DNA of 64,000 nucleotides, taken from a virus. Each line of letters begins with the position of its first letter. The first letter of the stretch is position 1. This document shows positions 1 through 10,013 of the stretch, piece by piece. Under the pieces are notes generated by a model. It had not been told where the DNA came from. It saw only the letters and a list, made by a program, of their open reading frames with translations, and made no database searches. A program made the position numbers and the translations under genes. The stretch is taken from IMG/VR virus record IMGVR_UViG_3300045241_000217, positions 32,001 to 96,000 of that record. The stretch is one strand, 5' to 3'.

Positions 1-1
1 C

Positions 2-214
2 ATGCGCTCTCTCCTCGCTCTCTCTCTCCTCTCGCTCTCCTCTGTCGCTGGCTGCGGCACCGCGGTCGCCGTCCCTCCGACGGACGCGAACATCTGCGTC
101 ACGTTCGGCGATGGCGGGTACACGACCGATGTCGGTCAGCCGTGGGCCGGTCTGCCGCGCGTGGATGGATGCTGGGAGGCGTACATCCCGCCTCCCATCC
201 GCAACGATGATTGA
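2..214 (+). CDS. Small putative lipoprotein
   Basis: Hydrophobic signal peptide with lipobox-like VAGC; stop converges on the fibre gene; start at the window edge. Confidence 0.55.
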   Translation: MRSLLALSLLSLSSVAGCGTAVAVPPTDANICVTFGDGGYTTDVGQPWAGLPRVDGCWEAYIPPPIRNDD

Positions 215-220
215 GCTCGC

Positions 221-2953
221 TCAGGTGTATCCGCCGCCACCGAGGAACGTGTTGAGCGAGTAGACGGCGCCGCCCGCGTCGGGGCCTCCGCCGTTCGGGT
301 ACGTGATGTCCGTGGCGGCACCGCCAGCGCTTCCCCAGCCGCGGCCGCCAACCGCGGCTGTGCGGTGGATGTTGCCCGCGTTGCACACGTTGCCGACGAC
401 GCAGAATCCGGCGGTGTCCATCTTCACGGCGTCCACGACGGCGCCGAAGGTGAAGTTGCAGTTCGTCACGCTCGCCTGCGGGACGGTGGTGAGATCGAAG
501 CCCTGGCCGAGCACATCGCTGTTCACGACGATGCACGCGTTGAACACCACGATCGCTTCGCCACCGTCTGGCATCGCGCAGAAGCCGCCGTTGCGCTTGA
601 AGATGCAGCCGGTGAACGTGCACTCGGTGCCGTAGCGGACGCATCGCGCGTTGTTCGTGCCGCGCGCCCACCCGTGGAACGTGCAGTTGGAGACGTTGAT
701 CTCCTCGCAGTTGTTCTCGCGCAACGCGTACATGCCGGCCGCGAAGGCTGCGAGCGATGTTTCGGTCGCATCCGTCTTATAGCCGGACAGCGTGCAGTCG
801 TTGACCGTGCAGTCGCGGACGGCCTGCAAGAGGATGCAGCGCAGATCGTTGATGCCCGAATCGTTCCAGTTGCCGCAATTGACGCCCGAGATCTTGCCGC
901 GCTGGAGCGTCCCGCTGTCGCCCTTGACCCACAGCCCGTAGCAGAAGCGAGCGGCGACACCGTTGTCGCCACAGCCCTCGATGGTCATCCCGTCCACCTT
1001 GAAGCCCACGGGCACCACGAGCTGGCAGCAACCCGCGTCCACGCTGGTCATGCTGTAGGTCTGCTCGGTGATCTGGATGTCGAACGCGGGGTGCGCGCTC
1101 GAACCGATGATCTGGATTCCCCAGCCCACACCGTTCGCTCCTCCGAAGATGCCGGCGCCCGGTGCGTGCGCGCCGGTAGTGGCGGTGCTCCACGTGCAGC
1201 CCTTCACCCGCCAGCCGCGGGGGGCGTAGTTCGTGTTGTAGACGTAGCCGATGAGTCCGCCCTCGTCGCCGTGCACCGCGCCAGTGACGTTCTCCAGGCA
1301 GAGCTTGCTGGCGGAGGCCGCGTCGATCAGCCCGTGCGAGGTGGCTGACGTGTAGATGGTGGTGCCGCGCGCCTCGAGATCGCAGTCGCGGATCGTGAAG
1401 CCGTTCACCATGTCGGGGGTGACGGCAGTCCCAGCGGTGTCGGCGTGCAACACGATCTGCGCGCTCTTCATCCTCGTGCTCTCGATGAGCCCGAACTCGC
1501 GCACGATAGGGATCGCGGAGCCTGTGCCCGACTCGTAGAACTGCGTGCGGCCGCGGATATCGCAGCCGACGATGCGCACCTTGTTCGCCGTGTTTGAGCT
1601 CAGCATGTAGCCCGCTGCGACGTCGGGGTCCGCGCTGGTCTGCAAGATCTGGCAGTGCTGGGCGCGGATGAAGCCGTTCACGACGAAGCCGTTGCGGCCG
1701 CCGGCCGTGGTGCCGATCCATCCGATGTCGAGGCTGTCGAGTACGAGCCCACCAGCGACGTCGGGCCCGAGCGCGATGGCCGACTCGCCCACGCCGAGCG
1801 CGGCACCGTCGATCGTGATCTTCGGTCGTCCGTTCGATCCAGAGTTCAGTTGCCCGTGCGCGATGCCGGCTCGGATGCGGATCACCAGCGACTTGGCCAC
1901 GCCACTGCCGATCGCCTTCTGCCCACTGATGACGAAGCCGTTCCCGCCGGGATCGCCGTGCACGATGATGTCCACGTTGGTCGGGCGGTTTGCGGCCGCC
2001 ATGCCAGCGAGCAGCGCGAGGCATTGGTCGAGACCCGTAGCGCCGTTGAAGTCGCCGACCGTCGCGACGCCATCGCCGACGGTGTACGTGACAGTGTCCA
2101 CCGTGCGGAGGCTCTTCGTGGTGCCGGCGGTGAGCGCTCCGGCCGGGTCGTAGGGCCGGTACGGGCGCGAGAACCAGTCGTACTGGAGCGTGTCGCTCGG
2201 GCCCTTGAGATCCTGCACCTGGCGCATCAGCGCGCGGAGCGCCGGGTAGATCTCGTTAAGCCCGTTCGCGGCGCGATCGGTCGAGCGCGAGAAGTCGGGG
2301 ACGCCCGTGGCGGTCGTCTGCGCGGCCTTCTGGAAGGGCGCTGCTCCTTCGAGTACGAACGTCCGCGCGTCGGTGATATTGCCAGCCACGATCGTGGCTC
2401 CGCCCCACATGACGCTCGCTAGCGTGATCCACTCGGCGCTCGGTGCGCCTGAGAGGCGAAGCTCGAGCGTGGGGAGCGTGCGTGTGTTGGTGGCCGTCAC
2501 GTCCTCGCTCAGCGTGCCCTCGTCCCAGAACGCGCGGTTGTCGCTCGACCCGTCCACGTACACGAAGCGCATCTGCACCGTGTACGTGCCGGGCGGCTGC
2601 GCCGTGAAGTCGAGCGAGTAGGTGGCGTTGCCCTCGAGCGTCCCGTCCTGCCCGTCACCGCCCATGAGCTGACCGAAGTCGATGCGGCCCAGGTTCTCTG
2701 CGCCGATCGCAAACCCCAGTGGAGCTCCACCGCCCGGGTTGAGGCGCACGCGGATGGTTGCGTCGGGAACGGCCTGCGGCTCGACCTTGAAGCCGCGCAC
2801 GACGTAGTTCGTCCACTGCGCGGCTACCACGGCGTCTGGCCCGAGCAGGAGGCCGCGCACGTGGCGTCGGAAGTCGGACAGCACGAGCTCGGTGAGCTGC
2901 GTCATGTCCGAGAGGTCCACGCGTTCCTCGGCCGAGAAGTGAACCTTTTCCAT
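221..2953 (-). CDS. Tail fibre/receptor-binding protein with C-terminal parallel beta-helix (pectin-lyase-like) region
   Basis: 910 aa after the baseplate genes; SD AAGGAG; repetitive beta-helix-like strands (NCTF, GCTW, DCDL, NVCN). Confidence 0.75.
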   Translation of the reverse strand: MEKVHFSAEERVDLSDMTQLTELVLSDFRRHVRGLLLGPDAVVAAQWTNYVVRGFKVEPQAVPDATIRVRLNPGGGAPLGFAIGAENLGRIDFGQLMGGDGQDGTLEGNATYSLDFTAQPPGTYTVQMRFVYVDGSSDNRAFWDEGTLSEDVTATNTRTLPTLELRLSGAPSAEWITLASVMWGGATIVAGNITDARTFVLEGAAPFQKAAQTTATGVPDFSRSTDRAANGLNEIYPALRALMRQVQDLKGPSDTLQYDWFSRPYRPYDPAGALTAGTTKSLRTVDTVTYTVGDGVATVGDFNGATGLDQCLALLAGMAAANRPTNVDIIVHGDPGGNGFVISGQKAIGSGVAKSLVIRIRAGIAHGQLNSGSNGRPKITIDGAALGVGESAIALGPDVAGGLVLDSLDIGWIGTTAGGRNGFVVNGFIRAQHCQILQTSADPDVAAGYMLSSNTANKVRIVGCDIRGRTQFYESGTGSAIPIVREFGLIESTRMKSAQIVLHADTAGTAVTPDMVNGFTIRDCDLEARGTTIYTSATSHGLIDAASASKLCLENVTGAVHGDEGGLIGYVYNTNYAPRGWRVKGCTWSTATTGAHAPGAGIFGGANGVGWGIQIIGSSAHPAFDIQITEQTYSMTSVDAGCCQLVVPVGFKVDGMTIEGCGDNGVAARFCYGLWVKGDSGTLQRGKISGVNCGNWNDSGINDLRCILLQAVRDCTVNDCTLSGYKTDATETSLAAFAAGMYALRENNCEEINVSNCTFHGWARGTNNARCVRYGTECTFTGCIFKRNGGFCAMPDGGEAIVVFNACIVVNSDVLGQGFDLTTVPQASVTNCNFTFGAVVDAVKMDTAGFCVVGNVCNAGNIHRTAAVGGRGWGSAGGAATDITYPNGGGPDAGGAVYSLNTFLGGGGYT

Positions 2954-2992
2954 CAGCGGTCTCCTTCGATCACGGGGCCGAGAGTAGCGCGC

Positions 2993-4093
2993 TCAGGCCG
3001 AGCGCGTGCTGATCACGACGCGGATGCCAGCCGCTCGGATCTGGTCGAGCAGGCAGCGCGCCGCGCGCCCCGTGTCGCTCAGGTAGGCCCAGCGTCGGTG
3101 CTCGTCGAGCGGCTGAACGACCGTCTCGTCCAGCGCGAGGTAGTGCGCGTGGTGCTGCGTGTAGTCCACGAGGACCGCCGTGCCGATCGCGCCCGGGCTC
3201 GAGCCCAGAGTGATGGTCGAGCCCACGTACGACCCGCCACCAGCGTAGAAGTTCGTGAAGCCCGTTCGGTAGCCCCTGCGCGTCAGCGGCGTGTCGAGCA
3301 CCACGCGCAGTACGCCCACGGGGCTCACGCCCAGCGGCGGGAACGTCGTGACCACGGTCGTCAGGCCGGTCGTCAGTTGCTGCTCTCCGCCGTTGAGCAC
3401 GAAGCGGCCGCGGATGTCGGTCGCGAGCGGGACCACGATCTCCACGTAGACGGTGAAGGGCGTGGTGCTCGTGCGCGTCCAAACGCGGAAGTTGCCGGCG
3501 CCGAGGAGCGCGGTGAGCGCCTGCTTGAACGCGTCGAGCGGCTGCTTGGGCAGGTACGCCACGCCCTTGATGACCGAGCGGAGTTGCTCGTACGTCATGC
3601 CCGGGCAGCGGTGCAGGCCCAGGTTGCGCGCGATGATGTCGAGGTCCGAGCCGATCGCGAAGTTCACGAGGAAGCCGCGACGCAGGAGATCCAGCGCGCT
3701 CGTGTTCCCCGAGATGTCGATCACCAGCGTGCCCGCCGGGTGCGTGGCTGCGACCGTGTTGCTCACGCCGCGCACGAGCGTCGTGAACTGGAACGGGAAG
3801 CGCGAACGCCGAGTCGCGACCGTGATGATCTCGCCGCCCACGAGCAGGCGCGCGTTGCCCGCCTGTGTCGGGTCCACCTCGTGATCCACGTACTCGCCGA
3901 AGCCGATGGTGGATTCGACGAGGATGCCGCTCACGTCGTCCACCGGCAGATCGGCGGTGAGGCGGGTGACGGCACGGCCGCCGATGCGGTCGTCCTCCTT
4001 GAAGATGGCGTCGAAGGCCGCGCGCAGCGGCTTGCCGCGCTTGCTGGCCGTCAGTGCGCCGGGGGGATCCGGCTGGTCTGCTGCGATCGGCAT
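2993..4093 (-). CDS. Baseplate wedge / tail protein I-like
   Basis: A-x-G-x-DLD-x-IARNLGL-x-R motif typical of wedge proteins; start re-called to MPIAADQ (4093), just after the upstream stop. Confidence 0.65.
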   Translation of the reverse strand: MPIAADQPDPPGALTASKRGKPLRAAFDAIFKEDDRIGGRAVTRLTADLPVDDVSGILVESTIGFGEYVDHEVDPTQAGNARLLVGGEIITVATRRSRFPFQFTTLVRGVSNTVAATHPAGTLVIDISGNTSALDLLRRGFLVNFAIGSDLDIIARNLGLHRCPGMTYEQLRSVIKGVAYLPKQPLDAFKQALTALLGAGNFRVWTRTSTTPFTVYVEIVVPLATDIRGRFVLNGGEQQLTTGLTTVVTTFPPLGVSPVGVLRVVLDTPLTRRGYRTGFTNFYAGGGSYVGSTITLGSSPGAIGTAVLVDYTQHHAHYLALDETVVQPLDEHRRWAYLSDTGRAARCLLDQIRAAGIRVVISTRSA

Positions 4094-4097
4094 CGGG

Positions 4098-4589
4098 TCA
4101 GCCCGTCCTGAGCTCGCGCGTGCCGGTCGCCCACTGCGGAGCGAGCTTCGCGCGCGCGCTGACGATCTTGTAGTCGTAGGCGAAGGACCGAGCTGCGATC
4201 GCGTTCTCGAGCACGGAGCTCGTGCCTCCATCGGTGGAGAGACGCACGTGGTACAGGCCGCGCGTGAGGGCCGGCGCTCCGAAGTACACGCGACTGCTCG
4301 TCACGTCGTACCGCGTCTGCGCCACGTAGCCCATGACGGGCTTGCCGTCCTCGTCCACGACCACGATCGGTGTGCCGATGGGTCCGGCGAGGATCTCGAC
4401 GGTCACGCTCACGTCGAAGCCAGAGCCGAGCGCGAGACACACGGTGCCGCCAAGCTCATCCACCACCGCGGGGCCGGTGTTCTCCGCGAGCGGACCAGGA
4501 AACGACTGGATGGCGGCGAGCGCCGGTACCGGGAGTGCCCCGCCCGTGCCCCACGGCGTGAGTCCCCATGGCCCGATGCCCCAGGTCAC
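4098..4589 (-). CDS. Baseplate-associated protein with Ig/IPT-like fold
   Basis: WGxxPWG N-terminus; GGTV-x-x-x-x-GSGF IPT-like pattern; GTGA-coupled to the upstream gene. Confidence 0.55.
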   Translation of the reverse strand: MTWGIGPWGLTPWGTGGALPVPALAAIQSFPGPLAENTGPAVVDELGGTVCLALGSGFDVSVTVEILAGPIGTPIVVVDEDGKPVMGYVAQTRYDVTSSRVYFGAPALTRGLYHVRLSTDGGTSSVLENAIAARSFAYDYKIVSARAKLAPQWATGTRELRTG

Positions 4590-5773
4590 GTCAGATCCAT
4601 CGGATGGCGCAGCACCTCGAGCGAGTCGAGATCGAACGTGGCGGCCGTAGTACCGGCCGTGCCGTAGAAGGCGAATCCGAGCGTGTCGAGCGTGAGCGCG
4701 TTCCAGGCAGAGCCCTGCGCGGTCATGCCGCCATCAGCATCCCAGGCCGCGCGATTCACGCCGCCGCCATTCGGAACCGGTGGGTAGCCGGCTGTAGATG
4801 GTCCGACGCATCGGTGCTGGATGTTCCACTCGACCGGCGCCCCGTTGTGGAACTGTCGAATCTCCGACTCGAAGATGGTTGATGTCTTCGTCGTCGTTGC
4901 CTCGAATACGCCGCCGCTCGGCCCGAACTGCGGTGAGCCGTTGCTCGCGGTCGCCACGCCAGCTGCGACTTGAATCTCGCCGCCGTTGCCGCCGCTGAGC
5001 TTGGCCTGCTGGCTCATGCCGAAGAACGCAGCGCCGATGCCTTTCGCGACGTTGAACGCAGGCCCCATCGAGTACCACTCTGGCTGCGTGCCGGTGAAGC
5101 CGCGAACGCGGAAGCGGAAGATGCAGCGGCGGACGTGTGCGGTGGCCGCGAGCGAGAGGTCGTTGATGAAGATCCATGTCTGAAGCGCGCCGGTGAGCTT
5201 CGTTCCGAACGTCACGCGCAGCACGGGGCCGTCTGCCGCTTGCACCACCGAAAGCGCGGTTGCGCCGCCGCCGATCGCGTCTTTGCCGACGGTGAACTGC
5301 GTCGCGGTAGCCTCGTCCCATCGCCACAGGACCGGACTCGGTCGCGGAGTCGCGACGTACGTCTGAAGCTGACGCAGCGCGTGCTCGACGCTGGTGGCCC
5401 ATCCGCGCGAGCCTCGTTCGCTGGTCTCACCTACGCCCGGGATCTGCCAGTCGTACGGCGTCGCGAAGGCGATGCCGATGAGCTGCTGGTCCTGGTCGTC
5501 GAGGATCGTCGCGCCCGCGTCCGTGTACGTCTGGAGGAGCAGCACGTACGCGCCCGCGACGTCTGGCGTGAGGTGCGGCGTAGCCGACGTCGTGCTCGTG
5601 AGCGCCGCACTCGAGCCGATGGGTCGGTCGAGGAGCGTCCAGCGCCACGCGGCGACGCCCGTGTTGTCGAAGTTCGAGAGCGCGAACACCGTCGCGAGGA
5701 ACGTGGAGTCGCGCTCGACCGTGCCGTGTGTGACGACGGGAACGTGGTCGGTGATCACGATCGAGGCGGTCAT
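4586..5773 (-). CDS. Virion structural protein with N-terminal PKD/Ig-like domain
   Basis: WRWTLLDRPxGS...TPDVAGAYVLLL PKD-like motif; in the baseplate cluster. Confidence 0.6.
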   Translation of the reverse strand: MTASIVITDHVPVVTHGTVERDSTFLATVFALSNFDNTGVAAWRWTLLDRPIGSSAALTSTTSATPHLTPDVAGAYVLLLQTYTDAGATILDDQDQQLIGIAFATPYDWQIPGVGETSERGSRGWATSVEHALRQLQTYVATPRPSPVLWRWDEATATQFTVGKDAIGGGATALSVVQAADGPVLRVTFGTKLTGALQTWIFINDLSLAATAHVRRCIFRFRVRGFTGTQPEWYSMGPAFNVAKGIGAAFFGMSQQAKLSGGNGGEIQVAAGVATASNGSPQFGPSGGVFEATTTKTSTIFESEIRQFHNGAPVEWNIQHRCVGPSTAGYPPVPNGGGVNRAAWDADGGMTAQGSAWNALTLDTLGFAFYGTAGTTAATFDLDSLEVLRHPMDLT

Positions 5774-5795
5774 GGTCCCGAGCGTACCTCGCTTC

Positions 5796-7208
5796 TCAGG
5801 TCAGGTGGATCGAGGCTGCGATGATGCGGGCGACGCCGTTGTCGAGGATGATCTGGTTCGTGGGTGGCGAGGATCCGCTCAAGTCGGTCAGTTTGAAATC
5901 TTCCATTCCGCTCACGTTCATCGCGACCTCGTAGATCTTCGCGACGAGCACGTCGGCGCCGATGTCGAGCGTGTTGATGTAGTCCTGGATCGCGCTGGCG
6001 ACCGCCGCGAGCACGGTCGTAGGGACGAAGCCCTCGAGCACCGAGCACTGCGCGGTGACCGACTGGTACTGCGTCTGCGGCGCAAGGACGCGCGCCTGGA
6101 TGCCGGCCGCGACCACGCCGGGCGTCCGGATCGCGTCGGCCGGGTCGCCATCGAGCACGCGCTGCGTCTCGGCGATTAGCCCAACGTAAAACCTGTAGTT
6201 CGCGCGCGCGGAGTTCGTGGCTGCGAGCCCGGTGGGGTACGACGCGGCCGAGAGTTCGATCTGTCCGTTCCCTGGATTGAGTTCGTAGTCCACGTGCCGA
6301 ACCTGTGTCACGTACCCGGCACCCGTGTTGATCTGGAGCACGAAGCTCCCGTCATCGCGGATCGGGATCTCGCTCACGAACAGATCGCGCTCGCCGCCCA
6401 GCGCCGAGAGCAGGAACGTGTCGGGGGCGCCGATGAACGTCGAGTCGTAGGTCTCGACCGCGCCGGTGCCGTCGTCGATGTAGACCTGGATGATCCCCGT
6501 GGGCAGGGTGCTCTCGACCACGTGCGCGAAGAGTACGCGTTGCCCGTTCGCGAGCATCACGTTGTTGGCGAACGCCTTGATCGCCGTGACGGTGCCGCGC
6601 GAGATCGCCTGCACGAAGGCTTTGATGCGCGCGAGGAAGCCCTGATCGCTCTCGCGGTCGAAGCCAGTCACGACGTCGCTCGGATTCGTGACCGTCGTGA
6701 CGCCCGCGATGCGGGTCACCATCTGGTTGATGGCGCCGGCGATCTGGTTCCCGCGCGCGCCCGCAATGGTGGCCACGACGGGGATCGGTCCGCTCGTCGT
6801 GTTGCCGTTCAGGATCGAGCCGGCGCTCGTCGTGCGGTAGCGGACCTGCCCCTTGCTGTCCGTGGCGCCGACGATGGTGCCGACCGGGATCGGGATGAGA
6901 CCCACGGTCCCAGGGCGCGAGAACACCTCGGTGGTCGTCGCGTACATCGAGGGGTAGCGCTTGATGATCGCGGGGAGCACCTCGGCCGCGCGCTCGTCGA
7001 GATCCGATCCCTGGCACTGGTCGAGCGACTGGAGGGATTTCAGACGTGCCATCTGCACGTACTGCTCGGCGTCCTCGTTCGTGGCCGCCATGAGCAAGTG
7101 GAACACCGCGCCGTTGCGGACGATGCGCACGAGCCGTGAGCGCGCCACCACGCGGGCCAACATCTCCCGGGCGATCTGAACCCTATTGCGCGGTGCGAAG
7201 AGCGCCAC
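5796..7208 (-). CDS. Baseplate J/gp47-like wedge protein
   Basis: G-x-DLD, GARGN, VTNP...GFDRESD-x-x-F-x-x-R, SRGT and C-terminal DYINTLDIGADV motifs. Confidence 0.9.
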   Translation of the reverse strand: MALFAPRNRVQIAREMLARVVARSRLVRIVRNGAVFHLLMAATNEDAEQYVQMARLKSLQSLDQCQGSDLDERAAEVLPAIIKRYPSMYATTTEVFSRPGTVGLIPIPVGTIVGATDSKGQVRYRTTSAGSILNGNTTSGPIPVVATIAGARGNQIAGAINQMVTRIAGVTTVTNPSDVVTGFDRESDQGFLARIKAFVQAISRGTVTAIKAFANNVMLANGQRVLFAHVVESTLPTGIIQVYIDDGTGAVETYDSTFIGAPDTFLLSALGGERDLFVSEIPIRDDGSFVLQINTGAGYVTQVRHVDYELNPGNGQIELSAASYPTGLAATNSARANYRFYVGLIAETQRVLDGDPADAIRTPGVVAAGIQARVLAPQTQYQSVTAQCSVLEGFVPTTVLAAVASAIQDYINTLDIGADVLVAKIYEVAMNVSGMEDFKLTDLSGSSPPTNQIILDNGVARIIAASIHLT

Positions 7209-7211
7209 GGG

Positions 7212-7637
7212 TCAGCCCTCGGCGCCGGCTGCCTGCTGCTCTGGCTCCGCTGCTTGTCGGCGGAGCGTCACGACGAGCATGTCCGAGTCGGTCTCCGCGG
7301 GCGTGACGGTGAGGTCCCACCGGAAGCCGGCGAGCGCGTCGCCCACGCGCTGGTCGATCACGAGCGTAACCTCGTCGCGCGCGAGCCGCCCGTCCTGGTC
7401 GAGCATCTGCGCGCCCGCCGCGTGCATCGTGAGCGTGATGCCCAGGCGCTGCTGGTTCTTGTACGCCTCGGCGAGCTGCTGATAGCTCTCTCCGAGCGCG
7501 AGGTACTTCGCGTACGCCACCTCGAGCAGGTCCACGATCTGCGCGCGGCTCTTGTCCTTGAGCTTCTGGCGCAGGGTGGGCTTCGCGGCCTCCGCTCGTC
7601 CCGTCAGGCGCTCGCTCAACTCGATGATCTTGCCCAC
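7212..7637 (-). CDS. Hypothetical protein
   Basis: GGAGG SD before GTG at 7637; high GC3. Confidence 0.6.
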   Translation of the reverse strand: MGKIIELSERLTGRAEAAKPTLRQKLKDKSRAQIVDLLEVAYAKYLALGESYQQLAEAYKNQQRLGITLTMHAAGAQMLDQDGRLARDEVTLVIDQRVGDALAGFRWDLTVTPAETDSDMLVVTLRRQAAEPEQQAAGAEG

Positions 7638-7666
7638 GGGGCCTCCGGTGTGGTCCCGAGCGTACC

Positions 7667-9451
7667 TCACGCCCCGCTGGACGCGCTACCGAACGGCAGG
7701 ACGAACGGCGCGCCAGCGCGAGAGCCTCCGACGATGGGGGTGATCTCCTGCTGGAGCACGTCCCCATCGAGCACCACGCTCGAGCTCGCGATCCCGGTCA
7801 CTCTCGGGTCGGCCATGAGCGCCTCGCGCAGGGTGAGGCTCGCGAGTAGCACGTGCTGGATCGTGCCCTTCACGCCCACGTTGCGGCGGATGCCGATGTC
7901 CGCGAGCTCTGGGACCATCTCGGTGCCGCGCTCGATGCCCACGGTGATCTCCGTGCCCTGCACGACGTTCTGGATCCCGCCCACGAGCGCGAGGTCGTCG
8001 AGCGTCGAGTTCTCGACGAGATCGAACGTGCCGCTCGCCGCGTAGAGGCGCTGGTCGATCGCGAGATCCACGCCGAAGATCGCTTCGTCAGCCGTCAGGT
8101 AGTCCTGCGGGCCCGCGCCGAGCGCGCCGGTGCCAGTGGCCGGGACGATCAGCGTGTCGCCCACCTTCGCGTAGCCGGGTCCTCCGCCGGGCACGATGTA
8201 CGGCGCCACGAGGCTGTTGAGGATGATCACGGCCTCGACGCTCACGCCGGCGCGGATCGCGATGCTCTCGATGGTGTCGGTCCGTTGCACCGTGACGCTC
8301 GAGAAGCCGCCGCCCGTCGGGATGTCGAGCCCCGCGATCGCGTTGGTCCCGCCCGCGACGTTGCGCACGCGCGAGCCGATGGTCGCGCCACCGGGCCCGG
8401 GTGTGCCCGACGTTCCGCTCTGCGACACGTCGCTCTGCGTGACGCTCCGCTCGCCCGAGAAACGGTCGGCGACCGTGCTCGCCTGCTGGGCGAACAGTTG
8501 CCCGTTCTGCGCGATCTGATCGATGGCCGCGCTGAGACGCCGGAGCGTGCGTGCACCCTCCGTGTCGCCCATGGCCGGCACCGCGGCGCCGAATCCGATC
8601 ATGTCGTCCTCGGCTACGTCGATCGCGTCGGCCACCTGCGTCGCGAGCTGGCCAGGGTACGCGATGGCGGAGGTGGCGCCGCTCACGAAGCCGCCGACCG
8701 CGTTGATCATCTGCGAGGCCTGGATGATCACGGTGCTGATGTTCGCGACCTTGCGCTTGTACGTCGCGAGGTTCGCGGTCACCTCCGCGATCGCCGCACG
8801 CGCGTCGTTGAACGCGCCGACGACGGTGCCGAGCGCGTTGTCGATGCCCGACGCTCGGTCGGTCGAGGTGTCCTGCTGCAACGCGGAGGCGAGCACCTCG
8901 TTCGTCGCGCTCATCGTGATGCGGTACTCGTGATGCGTCCGCGTCTTGGCCGAGTCGCGCGGCGTCTCGAACATCTTGGGGATCACCACGAAGTGGTCGT
9001 CGTCGCGGAGCGCGTGAAAGAGCATGCGCAGGGTCGCGCTGCGGGCCGGGTCCTTCTTGGCTGCCGAGTAGGCGCGGAAGAAGTTCCGCAGATCGTTGAA
9101 GTGCTTCGTCCCGCTCTGCGCGCGCCCGAAGCCCTGCGCTCCACGGAAGCCGGTCGCCGTCTTGTTGCTCATGCCGAACGTGCCGCTCAGCGTGACCTCG
9201 CGGACGATGATCCCGTTCTCCTCGCTGACGACGTTGTTGTCCTCCCCCGGGGTGATCTGCGCTTGGAACGGCTCGCTCAGCGAATACTGGACCGGGTTGA
9301 GCACGAACACGAAGACGGGCGGCAGGCCGTCCGGCGCCTCGCCCGTGCGCGTATCGACCATCTCGAGCACGAAGCCCTGGCGGAACGCCGCGGTGAGCTC
9401 GCTGATGGTCGCGCCCGAGCCGTCGGGACCACGGAGTTGGAAGGGCGGCAC
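7667..9451 (-). CDS. Tail tube initiator-like protein with LysM-like and gp25-like wedge regions
   Basis: N-terminal F-x-LNP...EVTLSGTFG; central VQRTDTIESIA...ILNSL LysM-like segment; C-terminal FGVDL...L-x-ADPRV gp25-like segment. Start may be 9451 or 9466. Confidence 0.65.
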   Translation of the reverse strand: MPPFQLRGPDGSGATISELTAAFRQGFVLEMVDTRTGEAPDGLPPVFVFVLNPVQYSLSEPFQAQITPGEDNNVVSEENGIIVREVTLSGTFGMSNKTATGFRGAQGFGRAQSGTKHFNDLRNFFRAYSAAKKDPARSATLRMLFHALRDDDHFVVIPKMFETPRDSAKTRTHHEYRITMSATNEVLASALQQDTSTDRASGIDNALGTVVGAFNDARAAIAEVTANLATYKRKVANISTVIIQASQMINAVGGFVSGATSAIAYPGQLATQVADAIDVAEDDMIGFGAAVPAMGDTEGARTLRRLSAAIDQIAQNGQLFAQQASTVADRFSGERSVTQSDVSQSGTSGTPGPGGATIGSRVRNVAGGTNAIAGLDIPTGGGFSSVTVQRTDTIESIAIRAGVSVEAVIILNSLVAPYIVPGGGPGYAKVGDTLIVPATGTGALGAGPQDYLTADEAIFGVDLAIDQRLYAASGTFDLVENSTLDDLALVGGIQNVVQGTEITVGIERGTEMVPELADIGIRRNVGVKGTIQHVLLASLTLREALMADPRVTGIASSSVVLDGDVLQQEITPIVGGSRAGAPFVLPFGSASSGA

Positions 9452-9496
9452 GCCCCAGCCTACCACCGGTCCGAGATCTCGGATCCTAAGCGCGTG

Positions 9497-9925
9497 GTCG
9501 GGCTTTAGCCCGACGCCCCCGCGGCGAGCGGACCACGGTCGGTGGGTGGCGTAGAGGGCGGTGAGCTCGTCTCGATCGCAACCAGGGGGCCCCGACCGGC
9601 TCGCGCATCGGTCGGCATCTCGTTCCGTCCTGGGATCCCAAGCTCACGCCAGGGGCAGGTCCATTCGCTGGCGCGTCGTCCGCGCTCCGTGCCCCGCGCC
9701 GAGATCCACCCTCGTGGACGCAGCGCGAGCCGGCTGGAGACCGGGCCCCGCAGAGCCAGGTCGGGCGAGAGCCCTACGATCCCGCAAGGACCGTTCGGCG
9801 AACATGGACCGCATCGACGCATCGACGCAAGGACGAAGTGAGGCGCGGGACCAACGGGGCCTGTTGCGACGGGGTGAAATACGACGGAACGCGAAACGCC
9901 CGGCTCTTGCGGTGCCGGGCGTTCT
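9497..9925 (+). ncRNA. Candidate structured non-coding RNA (unknown family)
   Basis: About 500-nt gap between baseplate genes with nested helices (9576-9594/9855-9869; 9658-9671/9795-9810) and plus-strand GNRA hairpins. Confidence 0.45.
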
Positions 9926-9926
9926 T
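9893..9926. terminator. Possibly bidirectional intrinsic terminator
   Basis: AACGCCCGGC...GCCGGGCGTT 10-bp stem flanked by A/T on both sides. Confidence 0.55.
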
Positions 9927-10013
9927 GCGGTCGTCCGCGTTTCGAGGGGGCTCGTGCGTCCGACCCGATAACCCTGGCCCACGAGGGCCGGAAACACAAG
10001 CCCGTAGCTATGG

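Noticed and set aside
1-45. TC-rich simple repeat
   Set aside because: Explained by Leu/Ser codons of a signal peptide
9870-9890. tmRNA-like 5' end (GGGGTGAAATACGAC)
   Set aside because: No matching T-arm/acceptor 3' end or tag ORF found
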